Below are positions 20,780-31,408 of a DNA stretch of 64,000 nucleotides, one piece after another (position 1 is the first letter of the stretch; the number at the start of each line of letters is the position of its first letter). The position numbers and the translations under genes are program-made. Below the pieces are notes generated by a model, which was not told the DNA's origin, did not search any database, and saw nothing but the letters and a program-made list of their open reading frames with translations. The stretch comes from Ignavibacteriota bacterium. Its GTDB lineage: Bacteria; Bacteroidota; Ignavibacteria; UBA10030; CAVZMI01. The stretch covers positions 32,001 through 96,000 of the forward strand of contig CAVZMI010000032.1 of NCBI GenBank assembly GCA_963776275.1, in the 5' to 3' direction.

Positions 20780-23374
20780 ATGAAAAATATTTTCAGAGGA
20801 TTAATCTTGTGTCGTATGACTTATAATAGATATACGAATACCATACTCCCAGTAATTGTCATGACTTTTGTAATCGGATTCATGTCGCAGGTCTATGCTC
20901 TTGATCCTCATAAAACTATTAATCAATACGGCCATAATGTCTGGATGCGAAAAAATGGTTTACCGGCAAATGCAATAAATGTCGCTCTTCAGACTCATGA
21001 TGGTTACTTCTATATCGGGACATCGACAGGTTTATTTCGTTTTGACGGCGTACACTTCAGTGAGGTGAATATTAATCCACATGATAGCGTAGCGGATGAA
21101 AAGATATCTGCTTTATGCGAAACAAGAGATGGGAGTCTTTGGATCGGCACAACATATAATGGATTGCGCTGCATTAAGGATGGAAAAGTCATTCTATATG
21201 GACAAAACGAAGGGTTGACGGAGATAGAGATTAAGAGACTATTTGAAAGCCGCGCCAGACATTTTTGGGTGGGCACGGCTCATGGACTCTTTCTGTTCAG
21301 TGAGGGAAAGTTCAAACAAGTACCTATAAATCCCGCCTACATAACCAGCATTGCCGAAGATGCTCAAGGAAGAATTTGGATTGGGACACATGCAGGTGTG
21401 CGAATTTTTAAGGATGACGATGGGTCAGAGATCTTCAATTTTACATCTGCTGACGGTTTACCCAATAATATAACTTCATCCATCTGTGTCGATCGAAAAT
21501 CAAATGTTTGGATTGGAACTGAAGATGGATTGGCGTGTTGGAAAAACGGTCTGCTAACAACCTACACAACAAAAAATAGATTGTCAAATAATCATATTAC
21601 CACGATTTATGAAGACAAGGATGGCAACCTCTGGGTAGGAACGCGTAATGGCCTTAATCGTTTTTATAATAAACAATGGATTACATTCACAAATTCGGAC
21701 GGCCTTACAAATAATTTTATTTTATCATTTGTTGAAGATCATGAAGGAAGTCTTTGGGTTTGTACCTTGGAAGGATTGGATCATTTCAGAGATGTGAACG
21801 TCACTTCATACACCATGAAAGAGGGGCTTGCCAACGACTACCTTTCCAGTGTTGTTGAAACACCGGATAGAAGTCTGTATTTTCTCAGTAATTCGGATAT
21901 CAGTATTACACGATTGAAGAATGGCAAATTCACAAAATTTTCTAATCAAGTTGGGACCGCCTTTGTCTCACGCGACAGCAGCCTCTGGATTGGCCAAAAC
22001 GGATTACTCTTCAATATTAAAAACGATCAAATTAAAAAATTCGATACAACCACCGGTCTACCCGCCAAATGGATTTCGGCAATCACGGAAGATGATAAAG
22101 GTCTTATAATCTATGTTGATAATATCGGCATTCGGCGGTTCATGAATGGACAATTGAAACCTTACTTGATGAAAGACGGGCAACCATATCCTAATAATGA
22201 ATACGTAGTATGTCTTTACGCACAATCAGACGGAACATTATGGGCAGGTACAACACGTGGGTTAGTAAGGATACATGACGGGTATAGTACAACGTTTACA
22301 ACAAAAAATGGATTGGCAGGTAATTGGATCAGTTCTATTTCTGATGATGGACAGGGGAGTGTTTGGATAACTTCGCCACATGGAGGTTTTACACGTTACA
22401 GGGATGGAAAGTTTACTGCATATACCAACAAAGTTGGATTGTTCACCAACGAAATATACTGTGCTATTTTTGACGACCAGGGAGATATTTGGCTGAGTAG
22501 TCCACGAGGAATAGGGCATATTAAGCATCAGGAACTCGATGACTTTGCCGAGGGTCGATTGAACGCCATTCATTCAGAAATATTTTTAATGGTGGATGGA
22601 ATGAAAACAGATGAATGTTTCGGTGAATGGCAACCTGCCGGTTGGAAAACGCACGACGGCCATATTTGGTTTGCCACAAAGAAAGGGGCAGTGATGATTG
22701 ATCCGAAAGCAATCAAGAAGAACTCACTTTCCCCACCGGTGATAATCGAGAATGTTATAGTAAATCAGCAAAGAGCAAGTATAAATCAGTTCACTAAACT
22801 TGCCCCTGGCTCAGATAAAATTGAATTTCATTATGCAGCATTGAGTTTTCTCGTGCCGGAACGGGTGCTGTTTAAATATAAGCTTGAAGGATATGATTCG
22901 GATTGGATCGAAGCAGGAACCAGGCGAGTCGCATACTATACGAACCTACCGCCCGGCAATTACCATTTCAAGGTAATAGCATGTAACAATGACGGACTCT
23001 GGAACGAGGCAGGAGCGCATTACGGATTCAGACTTGAACCGTTTTTCTATCAGACATACTGGTTCTATGCACTTCTGGTGCTTGTGATCGGTGGAACCGT
23101 GTACGGTTTTTTCAGGCTGAGATTATGGCAGCACGTAAGGAAAGAGAAGGAATTGCAGGAGCATATACACGAAGCGCTAGCAAATATCAAAATGTTAAAC
23201 GGATTAATTCCGATATGCTCAAGATGTAAGAAAATTCGAGACGACAAGGGGTATTGGGACCAACTCGAAGAATATATCGAGACACACTCCGATGCAACAT
23301 TTTCACACGGTATTTGTCCCGATTGTGCGAAAGAATTATATCCGGATATGGTTTCAAAAATGAAGAAAATATAG
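20780..23374 (+). CDS. Membrane sensor: Reg_prop beta-propellers + Y_Y_Y + TM + short C-terminal Cys/His domain, no kinase
   Basis: Repeated DxxGxLWIGT, YKLEGYD..W......AYYTNLPPG.Y.F.V.A.NNDG, then ICSRCKKIRDDKGYW...FSHGICPDC. Confidence 0.85.
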   Translation: MKNIFRGLILCRMTYNRYTNTILPVIVMTFVIGFMSQVYALDPHKTINQYGHNVWMRKNGLPANAINVALQTHDGYFYIGTSTGLFRFDGVHFSEVNINPHDSVADEKISALCETRDGSLWIGTTYNGLRCIKDGKVILYGQNEGLTEIEIKRLFESRARHFWVGTAHGLFLFSEGKFKQVPINPAYITSIAEDAQGRIWIGTHAGVRIFKDDDGSEIFNFTSADGLPNNITSSICVDRKSNVWIGTEDGLACWKNGLLTTYTTKNRLSNNHITTIYEDKDGNLWVGTRNGLNRFYNKQWITFTNSDGLTNNFILSFVEDHEGSLWVCTLEGLDHFRDVNVTSYTMKEGLANDYLSSVVETPDRSLYFLSNSDISITRLKNGKFTKFSNQVGTAFVSRDSSLWIGQNGLLFNIKNDQIKKFDTTTGLPAKWISAITEDDKGLIIYVDNIGIRRFMNGQLKPYLMKDGQPYPNNEYVVCLYAQSDGTLWAGTTRGLVRIHDGYSTTFTTKNGLAGNWISSISDDGQGSVWITSPHGGFTRYRDGKFTAYTNKVGLFTNEIYCAIFDDQGDIWLSSPRGIGHIKHQELDDFAEGRLNAIHSEIFLMVDGMKTDECFGEWQPAGWKTHDGHIWFATKKGAVMIDPKAIKKNSLSPPVIIENVIVNQQRASINQFTKLAPGSDKIEFHYAALSFLVPERVLFKYKLEGYDSDWIEAGTRRVAYYTNLPPGNYHFKVIACNNDGLWNEAGAHYGFRLEPFFYQTYWFYALLVLVIGGTVYGFFRLRLWQHVRKEKELQEHIHEALANIKMLNGLIPICSRCKKIRDDKGYWDQLEEYIETHSDATFSHGICPDCAKELYPDMVSKMKKI

Positions 23375-23446
23375 GCGTTATCGACTTCGTAGCACCTTTA
23401 CCTATACAGAGGCGATTCTTTTTCCTCAATTCACCTTAATACAGCG
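23375..23446. repeat. About 72-bp direct repeat, copy 1 (downstream of sensor 1)
   Basis: Near-identical to 26372-26444. Confidence 0.9.
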
Positions 23447-23785
23447 ATTGTTTGAAGATATCAGTCCCTGCAACGAACGGATCTTGTTTTCTAAGGCTTA
23501 TATGAGAGATGAAGAAGATACTCCTATCTTAAGTTTAATATGATCCCTGAGATTGTATCCGTGCATTTTCAATTTCCGACCATCAAAATCCAGATTAGGG
23601 ACATATGACGCTGAAAATTTTTGATATGCCGGCGTACAAATTTGCCTTGTTAATGGGCACTTTATTCGTTCGCCTCATAAAAAATCTTGTTATAATAAAG
23701 ATAACAATGATTGTTGCCGAATATATATAATGAGGGGGTATAGCCGGGCAAAACCACAGCGATTAATGGGTAATACATAATTATT

Positions 23786-26371
23786 ATGCAGAGTCATATG
23801 CCGAAAAGCAAATATAAACGAGCGGTGCTCTTAGTATTCGCAATGTTGTTTATATTCGGAGCGATATCGCCGATCTTCGCACTCGATCCCCAAAAAACTA
23901 TTAATCAATACGGACACACTGTCTGGATACGCCAAAATGGTCTACCGGCAACTGCCGTGAACGTAGTACTGCAGACCCATGATGGTTGCATCTGGTTTGG
24001 TACGTCGGCGGGTTTGTTTCGTTTTGACGGTGTCAGCTTCAAACAGGTGAGCACAAATCCGGAAAATTCTCAATCGAACGAATCAGTTACTTCATTATGT
24101 GAAACAAGAGACAGCAGTCTCTGGATCGGAACGGGGTATAATGGTCTACGTCGCTATAAGAATGGCAAGATGTATAATTACGGCTCGAAGGAAGGTTTTT
24201 ACGATATTCAAATTCGACAACTAGTTGAAAGCCGAACCGGATCTCTCCTCATAGGTACTTCCAATGGTTTCTATGCGTTCAGCAATGGCGTATTTAGACC
24301 CCTTCTTCTTATTCCTAATTATATATCCGGTGTTGCTGAAGATTCACTGGGAAGAATTTGGGTTGGAACACATCTTGGCGTACGAATCATTGACGAGTCT
24401 GACCCGACAAAAGTCGTCTGGCTTACAACCAAAAACGGATTACCACAAAATGTGACTTCATACATTTATACGGATCGACAGGCAAACGTGTGGGTCGGAA
24501 CATACAGTGGATTAGCCATATGGAAGGACGGTAAGTTTACAATATATAATGTGAACAATGGCTTGTCGGATAATTTCATACTTGTAATCTATCAAGACAG
24601 GGACGGCAACGTTTGGGTTGGAACCCATAAAGGACTCAATCGATTTTATGGAGGCAAATGGACAAGCTACATAGATTCAGATGGCCTGACCGATAACAAT
24701 GTTGTATCACTCACAGAAGATCATGAAGGCGGACTCTGGGTTTGCACTTCAAATGGACTCAATCTATTCAAAAACGTCAACATCACTACATTCACAACTT
24801 ACGAAGGACTTCCGAGTAACAACATTTCAAGTATCATTGAAACATCGGATAAAAGCCTATACTTCTTTAGTAATGAAAGATCATACATTACCCGATTTAT
24901 AAATGGGAAGATCACCAAACGTGGCATACAAATCGGTCCCCTTTTTGCAGGACCGGTTTATTCGGCACGAGACGGGAGTCTGTGGATTGGTCAGAACGGA
25001 TTACTTTTCAACATCAAGAATGGAAAAGTCAAACGCTATGATGCTACAACAGGATTACCCTTAAAATGGATTCCTGCAATTACTGAAGACGATAAAAGTC
25101 TAATTTTATACATCGACCACAAAGGTATCTTTAGATTCGTTAATGGACGGTTGACGCCTTATTTAATGAAAGACGGAAAACAATATCCTGCCGAAGAATA
25201 TGTGGTATGTTTTTACCAACAACATGATAATCTTTTGTGGATCGGGGCCGCTAGCTGGCTGATGAAAGTAGAGAATGGAGAAGCTACAACTTATACAATT
25301 AAAGACGGGCTGGCCGGTAACTGGGTCACTTCTATTTATGACGATCGACAAGGGAATCTCTGGATCAGTTCACCCCAAGGCGGTCTCACGCGATACAAGA
25401 ACGGTAAATTCACTGCATACAGCAAGAAGGCGGGTCTATTCACTGATGAAATATATTGCGTGTTAGGCGACGATCAGGGCGATCTATGGTTGAGCAGTCC
25501 GGTGGGCATCGGGCGCGTCAGCTGCAAGGAACTCGATGATTACGCCGAAGGACGGACAAACATCATTCATTCACAGGTCTATGAAATCGCTGACGGGATG
25601 AAAACGGATGAGTGCTTTGGAGAATATCAGCCTGCAGGATGGAAAACACACGACGGCCATATATGGTTTGCGACGAGGATTGGTGCAGTAATGATTGATC
25701 CCAAAACGTTCAAGAAAAACGAACTCCAGCCACCGGTGTTGATCGAGCATGTCACTGTGGATCAACAGATAGTACCACCCGACCGTTTCATTAGTCTTCC
25801 GGCTGGTACACAAAAGTTGGAATTTCATTACACCGCACTCAGTTTCCTTATGCCTTCAAGAGTGTTATTCAAGTATAAGCTTGAAGGATACGATCATGAT
25901 TGGGTAGATGCAGGTACAAGACGTGTGGCTTATTATACAAATCTTCCGCACGGTGATTATCGTTTTCATGTGATGGCATGTAACAACGACGGATTATGGA
26001 ATGAGGTCTGCGCAGACTTCGGTTTTAAACTTGAGCCGCACTTCTATGAAATGTACTGGTTCTATGCACTCGTATTGATTGCATTGGGAGGAATCATCTA
26101 CGGCTTTATCCGATTACGATTATGGCAGCATATAAAGAAAGAGAAAGAGCTGCAGGATCGCATCCAGGAGGCACTCACCAATCTTAAAATATTGGGAGGT
26201 CTTGTTCCGATTTGCGCCAATTGCAGGAAGATTCGAGACGACAAAGGGTATTGGGACCAATTGGAAGAATATGTCCAGACCCATTCAGATGTGAGATTTT
26301 CACACAGCATCTGTCCCGAATGTGCAAAAAAATTGTATCCTGATATGATTTTAAAAAAGAAGAAAACGTGA
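23786..26371 (+). CDS. Second beta-propeller/Y_Y_Y sensor with a Cys/His tail (tandem paralog)
   Basis: Colinear with 20780..23374; ICANCRKIRDDKGYW...FSHSICPEC. Confidence 0.85.
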   Translation: MQSHMPKSKYKRAVLLVFAMLFIFGAISPIFALDPQKTINQYGHTVWIRQNGLPATAVNVVLQTHDGCIWFGTSAGLFRFDGVSFKQVSTNPENSQSNESVTSLCETRDSSLWIGTGYNGLRRYKNGKMYNYGSKEGFYDIQIRQLVESRTGSLLIGTSNGFYAFSNGVFRPLLLIPNYISGVAEDSLGRIWVGTHLGVRIIDESDPTKVVWLTTKNGLPQNVTSYIYTDRQANVWVGTYSGLAIWKDGKFTIYNVNNGLSDNFILVIYQDRDGNVWVGTHKGLNRFYGGKWTSYIDSDGLTDNNVVSLTEDHEGGLWVCTSNGLNLFKNVNITTFTTYEGLPSNNISSIIETSDKSLYFFSNERSYITRFINGKITKRGIQIGPLFAGPVYSARDGSLWIGQNGLLFNIKNGKVKRYDATTGLPLKWIPAITEDDKSLILYIDHKGIFRFVNGRLTPYLMKDGKQYPAEEYVVCFYQQHDNLLWIGAASWLMKVENGEATTYTIKDGLAGNWVTSIYDDRQGNLWISSPQGGLTRYKNGKFTAYSKKAGLFTDEIYCVLGDDQGDLWLSSPVGIGRVSCKELDDYAEGRTNIIHSQVYEIADGMKTDECFGEYQPAGWKTHDGHIWFATRIGAVMIDPKTFKKNELQPPVLIEHVTVDQQIVPPDRFISLPAGTQKLEFHYTALSFLMPSRVLFKYKLEGYDHDWVDAGTRRVAYYTNLPHGDYRFHVMACNNDGLWNEVCADFGFKLEPHFYEMYWFYALVLIALGGIIYGFIRLRLWQHIKKEKELQDRIQEALTNLKILGGLVPICANCRKIRDDKGYWDQLEEYVQTHSDVRFSHSICPECAKKLYPDMILKKKKT

Positions 26372-26444
26372 GCGTTAGCGACTTCATAGCACCTTTACAT
26401 ATATAGAGGCGATTCTTTTTCCTCACTTCACCTTATATACAGCG
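26372..26444. repeat. About 72-bp direct repeat, copy 2 (overlaps the last codons of the GH13 gene)
   Basis: Near-identical to 23375-23446. Confidence 0.9.
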
Positions 26445-28129
26445 TAGGAGATCCCCGGCACATCCAGGCTTACGATTTTATTTTTCCTTGATATTTTTAT
26501 CGCTTTCCCTACCAGTAGCTGCAGCTTTTTATATTCTATGTTCATCTGGAATTCCGCCGATGCATCCTTATCGGCCGGATTTAGAATCATCAGAATCACA
26601 TCTTTTCCGTTGGCTCTGGCATAAATAAAGGGATATGTATTTTCTTTTGCATATAGCGGTACAAACTCGGCATATGCAGCCAGAGCAGGCTCTTTATGCT
26701 TCAATTGTATCAGTTTCCTAACCCGGTTCAGCAGCGAATTCGGATCTTTATCCTGCCTTTCAATATTGGGTGCGTTGTTTGTCGTATCCACAGGCAAATA
26801 CAGATTCGAAAAATCAGCTGCAGAAAAACCGCAGTTCTTACCCGACGTCCATTGCATTGGAGTGCGGGCACCTGAGCGTGGTTTGTAGGCGCCTTCAATT
26901 TGGGGCATGTCGGCCAATTGACGCATACCTATTTCATTTCCATAATAAATAAATGGCACGCCGGGCATGGTTATCCCGAATGCCATAATCATTTCAAGTT
27001 CATCGGTGGTCCGGTTTATATTCAACCGTGCGTTATCGTGGTTCCCGAGAGGCAGCAGAATATATCCCTTGGTTTTTGTGTCATTGTATTGATCCATGTA
27101 TTTCGAAAGGAAATTAGCTATGTTCCCCTTTCCTTCCTTATCGAAAAAACTGTGCCCTTCGGAATATCCGTTCAGAATGCGCCAGCTTTCTTTTTGCATA
27201 AGATCGTTGTAGCCGTCGAACCAGTGGAAAAAATCGGCGTGGAAGGCACCGTCAAGCGCGTCTTTCGGATACGACCATTCTGATACCATAAATGCCTGGG
27301 GGTATTTCGTTTTCACAATCTGACGAATCTCGGTCCAGAATTTTTTTGTATCTCCATTTACATCGCTGCCTTTCACCAACGCACCGGCCATATCTGCGCG
27401 TATACCGTCGGCGCCCATGTCCATCCAGAAGCAGAATACTTTTTTTAACTCCTCGCGCATCGCTAGAATGTCTGGATGGTTGACCGGCAGCTGCCATTTT
27501 TTTGTCGAATCGGGTTTACCGAAACCAAAGTTGAGCGCCGGCTGCGACCAGTAGAAATTCCGCATAAAATTTCCATTACGTTGTCCGTAACCCTGAATAA
27601 ATCTGTTACAGTACTCGCCTTCGTCCATCTTCCATACATTATCTGTCCATACATACCAGTTCGAATATTTATTCTGTTGTTGTTTGCATGATTCAATGAA
27701 CCACGGATGATCAATGGCAGTGTAGGTTATGACATAATCGAAAATCACTCTTAAACCGCGTTTGTGCGCTTCTTCAAACAGCCGTTTTGCATCATCGTTT
27801 GTTCCGTAACGGGGCGCCACTTTATAATAATTTCGAATATCATAACCTGCATCATTAAACGGCGAGTCAAAAAACGGATTAATCCAAATGCCGTCGACCC
27901 CGAGGCTTTTAACGTAATCCAATTTTTGAATGATACCGTTCAAATCGCCTATACCGTCGCCATTTGAATCGTAGAAGGTTTGCGGGTAAATCTGGTAAAA
28001 CACCGCGTGATGAAGCCATGCAGGACCATCGGGGATGGTGCATAATCCGGTTATATCAGCTCCTTGCCCATATGCAGGAGCAAATCCAATGAATATGTAT
28101 ATAGCAACAAGAATTAATTTCTTATTCAT
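26423..28129 (-). CDS. GH13 alpha-amylase family (alpha-glucosidase/trehalose synthase-like) hydrolase
   Basis: FYQIYP..FYDSNGDGIGDL.G, DGIRADMA, VSEW, NHD, ARTPMQW. Confidence 0.9.
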   Translation of the reverse strand: MNKKLILVAIYIFIGFAPAYGQGADITGLCTIPDGPAWLHHAVFYQIYPQTFYDSNGDGIGDLNGIIQKLDYVKSLGVDGIWINPFFDSPFNDAGYDIRNYYKVAPRYGTNDDAKRLFEEAHKRGLRVIFDYVITYTAIDHPWFIESCKQQQNKYSNWYVWTDNVWKMDEGEYCNRFIQGYGQRNGNFMRNFYWSQPALNFGFGKPDSTKKWQLPVNHPDILAMREELKKVFCFWMDMGADGIRADMAGALVKGSDVNGDTKKFWTEIRQIVKTKYPQAFMVSEWSYPKDALDGAFHADFFHWFDGYNDLMQKESWRILNGYSEGHSFFDKEGKGNIANFLSKYMDQYNDTKTKGYILLPLGNHDNARLNINRTTDELEMIMAFGITMPGVPFIYYGNEIGMRQLADMPQIEGAYKPRSGARTPMQWTSGKNCGFSAADFSNLYLPVDTTNNAPNIERQDKDPNSLLNRVRKLIQLKHKEPALAAYAEFVPLYAKENTYPFIYARANGKDVILMILNPADKDASAEFQMNIEYKKLQLLVGKAIKISRKNKIVSLDVPGISYAVYKVK

Positions 28130-28132
28130 TTT

Positions 28133-28582
28133 TTATCTCTTCAATTTTATTGTCATTGCTTTTTGTCTGTAGGTAATGATCTTATCAGGATTCGCGGTAC
28201 TTTCAACACCAACTCCATGATCAGCACCCACAAGCACAATGTGAAAGGTGCGCTGCACCGGTGCTCCATGATATGATCCTATCTGTGCACCCAAGGTAAG
28301 CATTTTCCTTTCTTCATTCCACCGGATCGGAATTTGAATACAGAGATGCTTTTCATAATCATATGTATCGCCCTCATCGTCATACAGGGTGAACTCGGCA
28401 TCCTCACCGGTGTAGAATGTATCCGATGCTGAAATACGGACGCGCACAACAACCGGCGAGAAAAAAGTGATTCTAATTTTGTACTTCCCGATATCGAATA
28501 CTTCCGTCGAATGTCCGGAGAAGACATTCCCTTGACAGAGTACTGTCAGACAGAAGATCCACGATACTATTCTTCTGCTCAT
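28133..28582 (-). pseudogene. GH31 remnant: signal peptide and N-terminal strands joined in-frame to a DUF5110-like C-terminal domain; catalytic barrel absent
   Basis: KIRITFFSPVVVRVR directly followed by YTGEDAEFTLYDDEGDTYDYEK...IPIRWNE...LTLG...GSY.G. Confidence 0.7.
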
Positions 28583-28677
28583 AATTGATTCTTGGCAATA
28601 AGAGTTGTATAATAATATAATGAACTCTAAAATATAATCCTACCATCCAATAATAAAAAAGCAATCCTGAGGGCGAT

Positions 28678-30033
28678 ATGAGCACAGATTCAGTACGCGT
28701 GGAAGAATTGATGCTGCTTCTTACTGAAGGAATTTTACACAGGTGGTATCCATTAGTCATCGATAAGGAATGCGGGGGATATTTTACCAACGTGTCTCAC
28801 GACTGGACGTTGCCGCCGGAGCAGGAAAAAATGATAGTATCTCAGGCACGTCATGTATGGACGTTGTCGAAGGTGGCCGAATTTCTTGGAGGGAACAGGG
28901 AATATGAGCAGATGGCTCGTCACGGCTTTCCATTCCTTAAGAATAAAATGTGGGATGAGAAATACGGCGGTTTTTTCCAGATCCGAAGCCGGGATGGCGG
29001 TATGTCGGATGTTCGCGGATGGCGGGATGAAAAGCGCGCGTACGGGAACGCTTTCGCTGTGTACGGCCTTGCCGCACTCTACGAGAAAACACACGATCTG
29101 GAAGTTCTAGAGTTTGTAAAGACCGCTTTTCGTTGGATCGAAGAACATGCACACGATCCGAAGCACAAAGGATATTTCCAGTTTTTCACGCGGGAGTCGA
29201 AGCCGTTTGACAAAACGTCGGAATATAAAACAATTGCTTTCGATAGCAATGAACTGGGATTTAAGGATCAGAATTCATCGATACATTTGCTGGAAGCATT
29301 TACCCAGCTGTACGATGTCTGGAAGGATCCTCTGGTACATTCAAGGCTGCATTCGCTATTGGAGCTCATCCGGGATACAATGGTGGCAAAACAGGGTTAT
29401 CTGCAATTGTTTTTCCACAATGATTGGACGCCGGTCTCTTTCCGTGACAGTTCTAAGGAAGAACGCGAAGCCAACTACGGATTGGATCATGTCTCATTTG
29501 GCCATGATTATGAAACCGCCTTTTTAATGCTGGAAGCTTCGTACGCATTAGGATTGACCGGCGATATACGTACGCTGGTCGTCGCAAAAAAAATGCTCGA
29601 TCACGCCCTGACGTACGGCTGGGATGAAAAAGCCGGCGGGTTCTACGACGGCGGATATTACTTCAAGGGGGATGACCGCTGTACAATCATCAAGGATACA
29701 AAAAACTGGTGGGCGCAGGCTGAAGGACTGAACGCGCTGCTCTTGTTTTCAAAAATATTTCCCGACGAATCCCGCTACTATACATATGTCCTGCGCCAAT
29801 GGAAGTATGTAAAATCGTACATCATCGACGGGGAAAACGGAGATTGGTTTGAAGGCGGCATAGATAAAGAGCCGCATTTCCGCACAGGAATGAAAAGCCA
29901 CATGTGGAAATGCACCTATCATACATGCCGTTCTCTTATGAACTGCATAACGATGATCATCAATAATTCCGACAAACCATTGAACAGAGTGATTGAACAC
30001 TGGCGCAAGACCGCTAAGCAGTTACCAAAATAA
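28678..30033 (+). CDS. Cellobiose/mannobiose 2-epimerase (AGE family)
   Basis: WYP..ID.E.GGY, QARHVWT.S, NSSIHLLEAFT, SFGHD.E, WWAQAEG, WKC.YH. Confidence 0.9.
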   Translation: MSTDSVRVEELMLLLTEGILHRWYPLVIDKECGGYFTNVSHDWTLPPEQEKMIVSQARHVWTLSKVAEFLGGNREYEQMARHGFPFLKNKMWDEKYGGFFQIRSRDGGMSDVRGWRDEKRAYGNAFAVYGLAALYEKTHDLEVLEFVKTAFRWIEEHAHDPKHKGYFQFFTRESKPFDKTSEYKTIAFDSNELGFKDQNSSIHLLEAFTQLYDVWKDPLVHSRLHSLLELIRDTMVAKQGYLQLFFHNDWTPVSFRDSSKEEREANYGLDHVSFGHDYETAFLMLEASYALGLTGDIRTLVVAKKMLDHALTYGWDEKAGGFYDGGYYFKGDDRCTIIKDTKNWWAQAEGLNALLLFSKIFPDESRYYTYVLRQWKYVKSYIIDGENGDWFEGGIDKEPHFRTGMKSHMWKCTYHTCRSLMNCITMIINNSDKPLNRVIEHWRKTAKQLPK

Positions 30034-30071
30034 AAAAACCTGCTGACGTCAATACTCTCGACGCAGCAGGT
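30033..30071. terminator. Intrinsic terminator hairpin between convergent genes; U tract on the minus strand
   Basis: aaaaaa-cctgctgacgtc...gacgcagcagg. Confidence 0.65.
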
Positions 30072-30090
30072 CGTGAAAAAATTAAATGTA

Positions 30091-31278
30091 TTATTTTCGA
30101 TGTGACAGCTCGAGATTTTTCTTTATGAGCTGAATTCGCTGTTGAACACTTGCACCAGTACGAAGTCCGTCTTCCGGCGTGGAAAGAACATAATCAAGAA
30201 GCCTATCGACCGTTGAAACAGCGACGTGCATCCTCGTATCAGATGAACCGTAATAGATAAATACGTCGCCGTTCTTGCGTTCCACCCACCCGTTACTAAA
30301 GGTGACATTCGAAACATCTCCGACCCGTTCGTCGCCCTGGGGAGCCAGAAAATATCCGCCGGGCCTTGCGATAACTTTTGCAGGGTCTCTTAAATCAGTA
30401 AGTAACATATATAATACGTAGCGCAATCCTGCGGCGGTGTTTCGAACGCCGTGCGCAAGTTGAAGCCAGCCTTTGTCTGTTTTAATCGGTGCCGGACCCA
30501 GGCCGTTTTTCACTTCCTTTATTGTATGGTATGCCCGATCATCGATAATGGTTTCATTATCGATCACGGCATTCTCGATACTATCCGACAGTCCCCACCC
30601 TATCCCGCCGCCCGATCCGGCTTCTATGAAACCATCCTGCGGTCGTGTATAGAATGCATATTTCCCGTTAATGAACTCGGGATGAAGGACGACATTCCGC
30701 TGCTGCGGAGATTTTGTTATGAGATCCGGCAGCCGTTCCCATTTCAATAAATCTTTTGTTCTGACTATACCGCACTGGGCGATAGCAGAAGACATGTCGG
30801 TACGGGGAACATCAAGATCCTTCCGCTCCGTACAAAACAAACCGTAGATCCAGCCATCCTCGTGCCCGACTAGGCGCATGTCGTAGACATTAATATCGGG
30901 ATCCGAAGTCTCCGGGATCTGGATGGGATAATCCCAGAAGCGGAAATTGTCCACACCATTGGAAGATTCTGCAATGGCAAAAAAGGATTTGCGATCCACA
31001 CCTTCAACGCGCACCATCAATAAAATTTTTCCCTTATATTCAATAGCGCCGGAATTGAATGTTGCATTCACCCCCAGGCGTTCCATCAGATACGGATTGG
31101 TTTTGTAATTCAGGTCATATCGCCAGAAAAGCGGCGTATGTTCGGCAGTGAGTACCGGATTCGCATACCGTTGATAAACACCGTTTCCTTTCCCTAATTT
31201 TCTATTCTTTTTTGTGATGAGACGTTTGTGCTCTGCAAGGAGCCGTTTCAACTGCCGGTTGAATTCTTCTTTTTTCAT
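30091..31278 (-). CDS. GH130 4-O-beta-D-mannosyl-D-glucose phosphorylase
   Basis: [54 protein letters not shown]. Confidence 0.9.
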   Translation of the reverse strand: MKKEEFNRQLKRLLAEHKRLITKKNRKLGKGNGVYQRYANPVLTAEHTPLFWRYDLNYKTNPYLMERLGVNATFNSGAIEYKGKILLMVRVEGVDRKSFFAIAESSNGVDNFRFWDYPIQIPETSDPDINVYDMRLVGHEDGWIYGLFCTERKDLDVPRTDMSSAIAQCGIVRTKDLLKWERLPDLITKSPQQRNVVLHPEFINGKYAFYTRPQDGFIEAGSGGGIGWGLSDSIENAVIDNETIIDDRAYHTIKEVKNGLGPAPIKTDKGWLQLAHGVRNTAAGLRYVLYMLLTDLRDPAKVIARPGGYFLAPQGDERVGDVSNVTFSNGWVERKNGDVFIYYGSSDTRMHVAVSTVDRLLDYVLSTPEDGLRTGASVQQRIQLIKKNLELSHRK

Positions 31279-31408
31279 TCTATCCTTTCCTTTTTATTAT
31301 CCTTAAATATACTACAAGGTTTCAGAAATATCAAATTGATGAAATGAATAATCATAGAGCCCGGGTCTTTTTCTTATCGTTAAGTTTTATTATCTTATAC
31401 AGACACAA

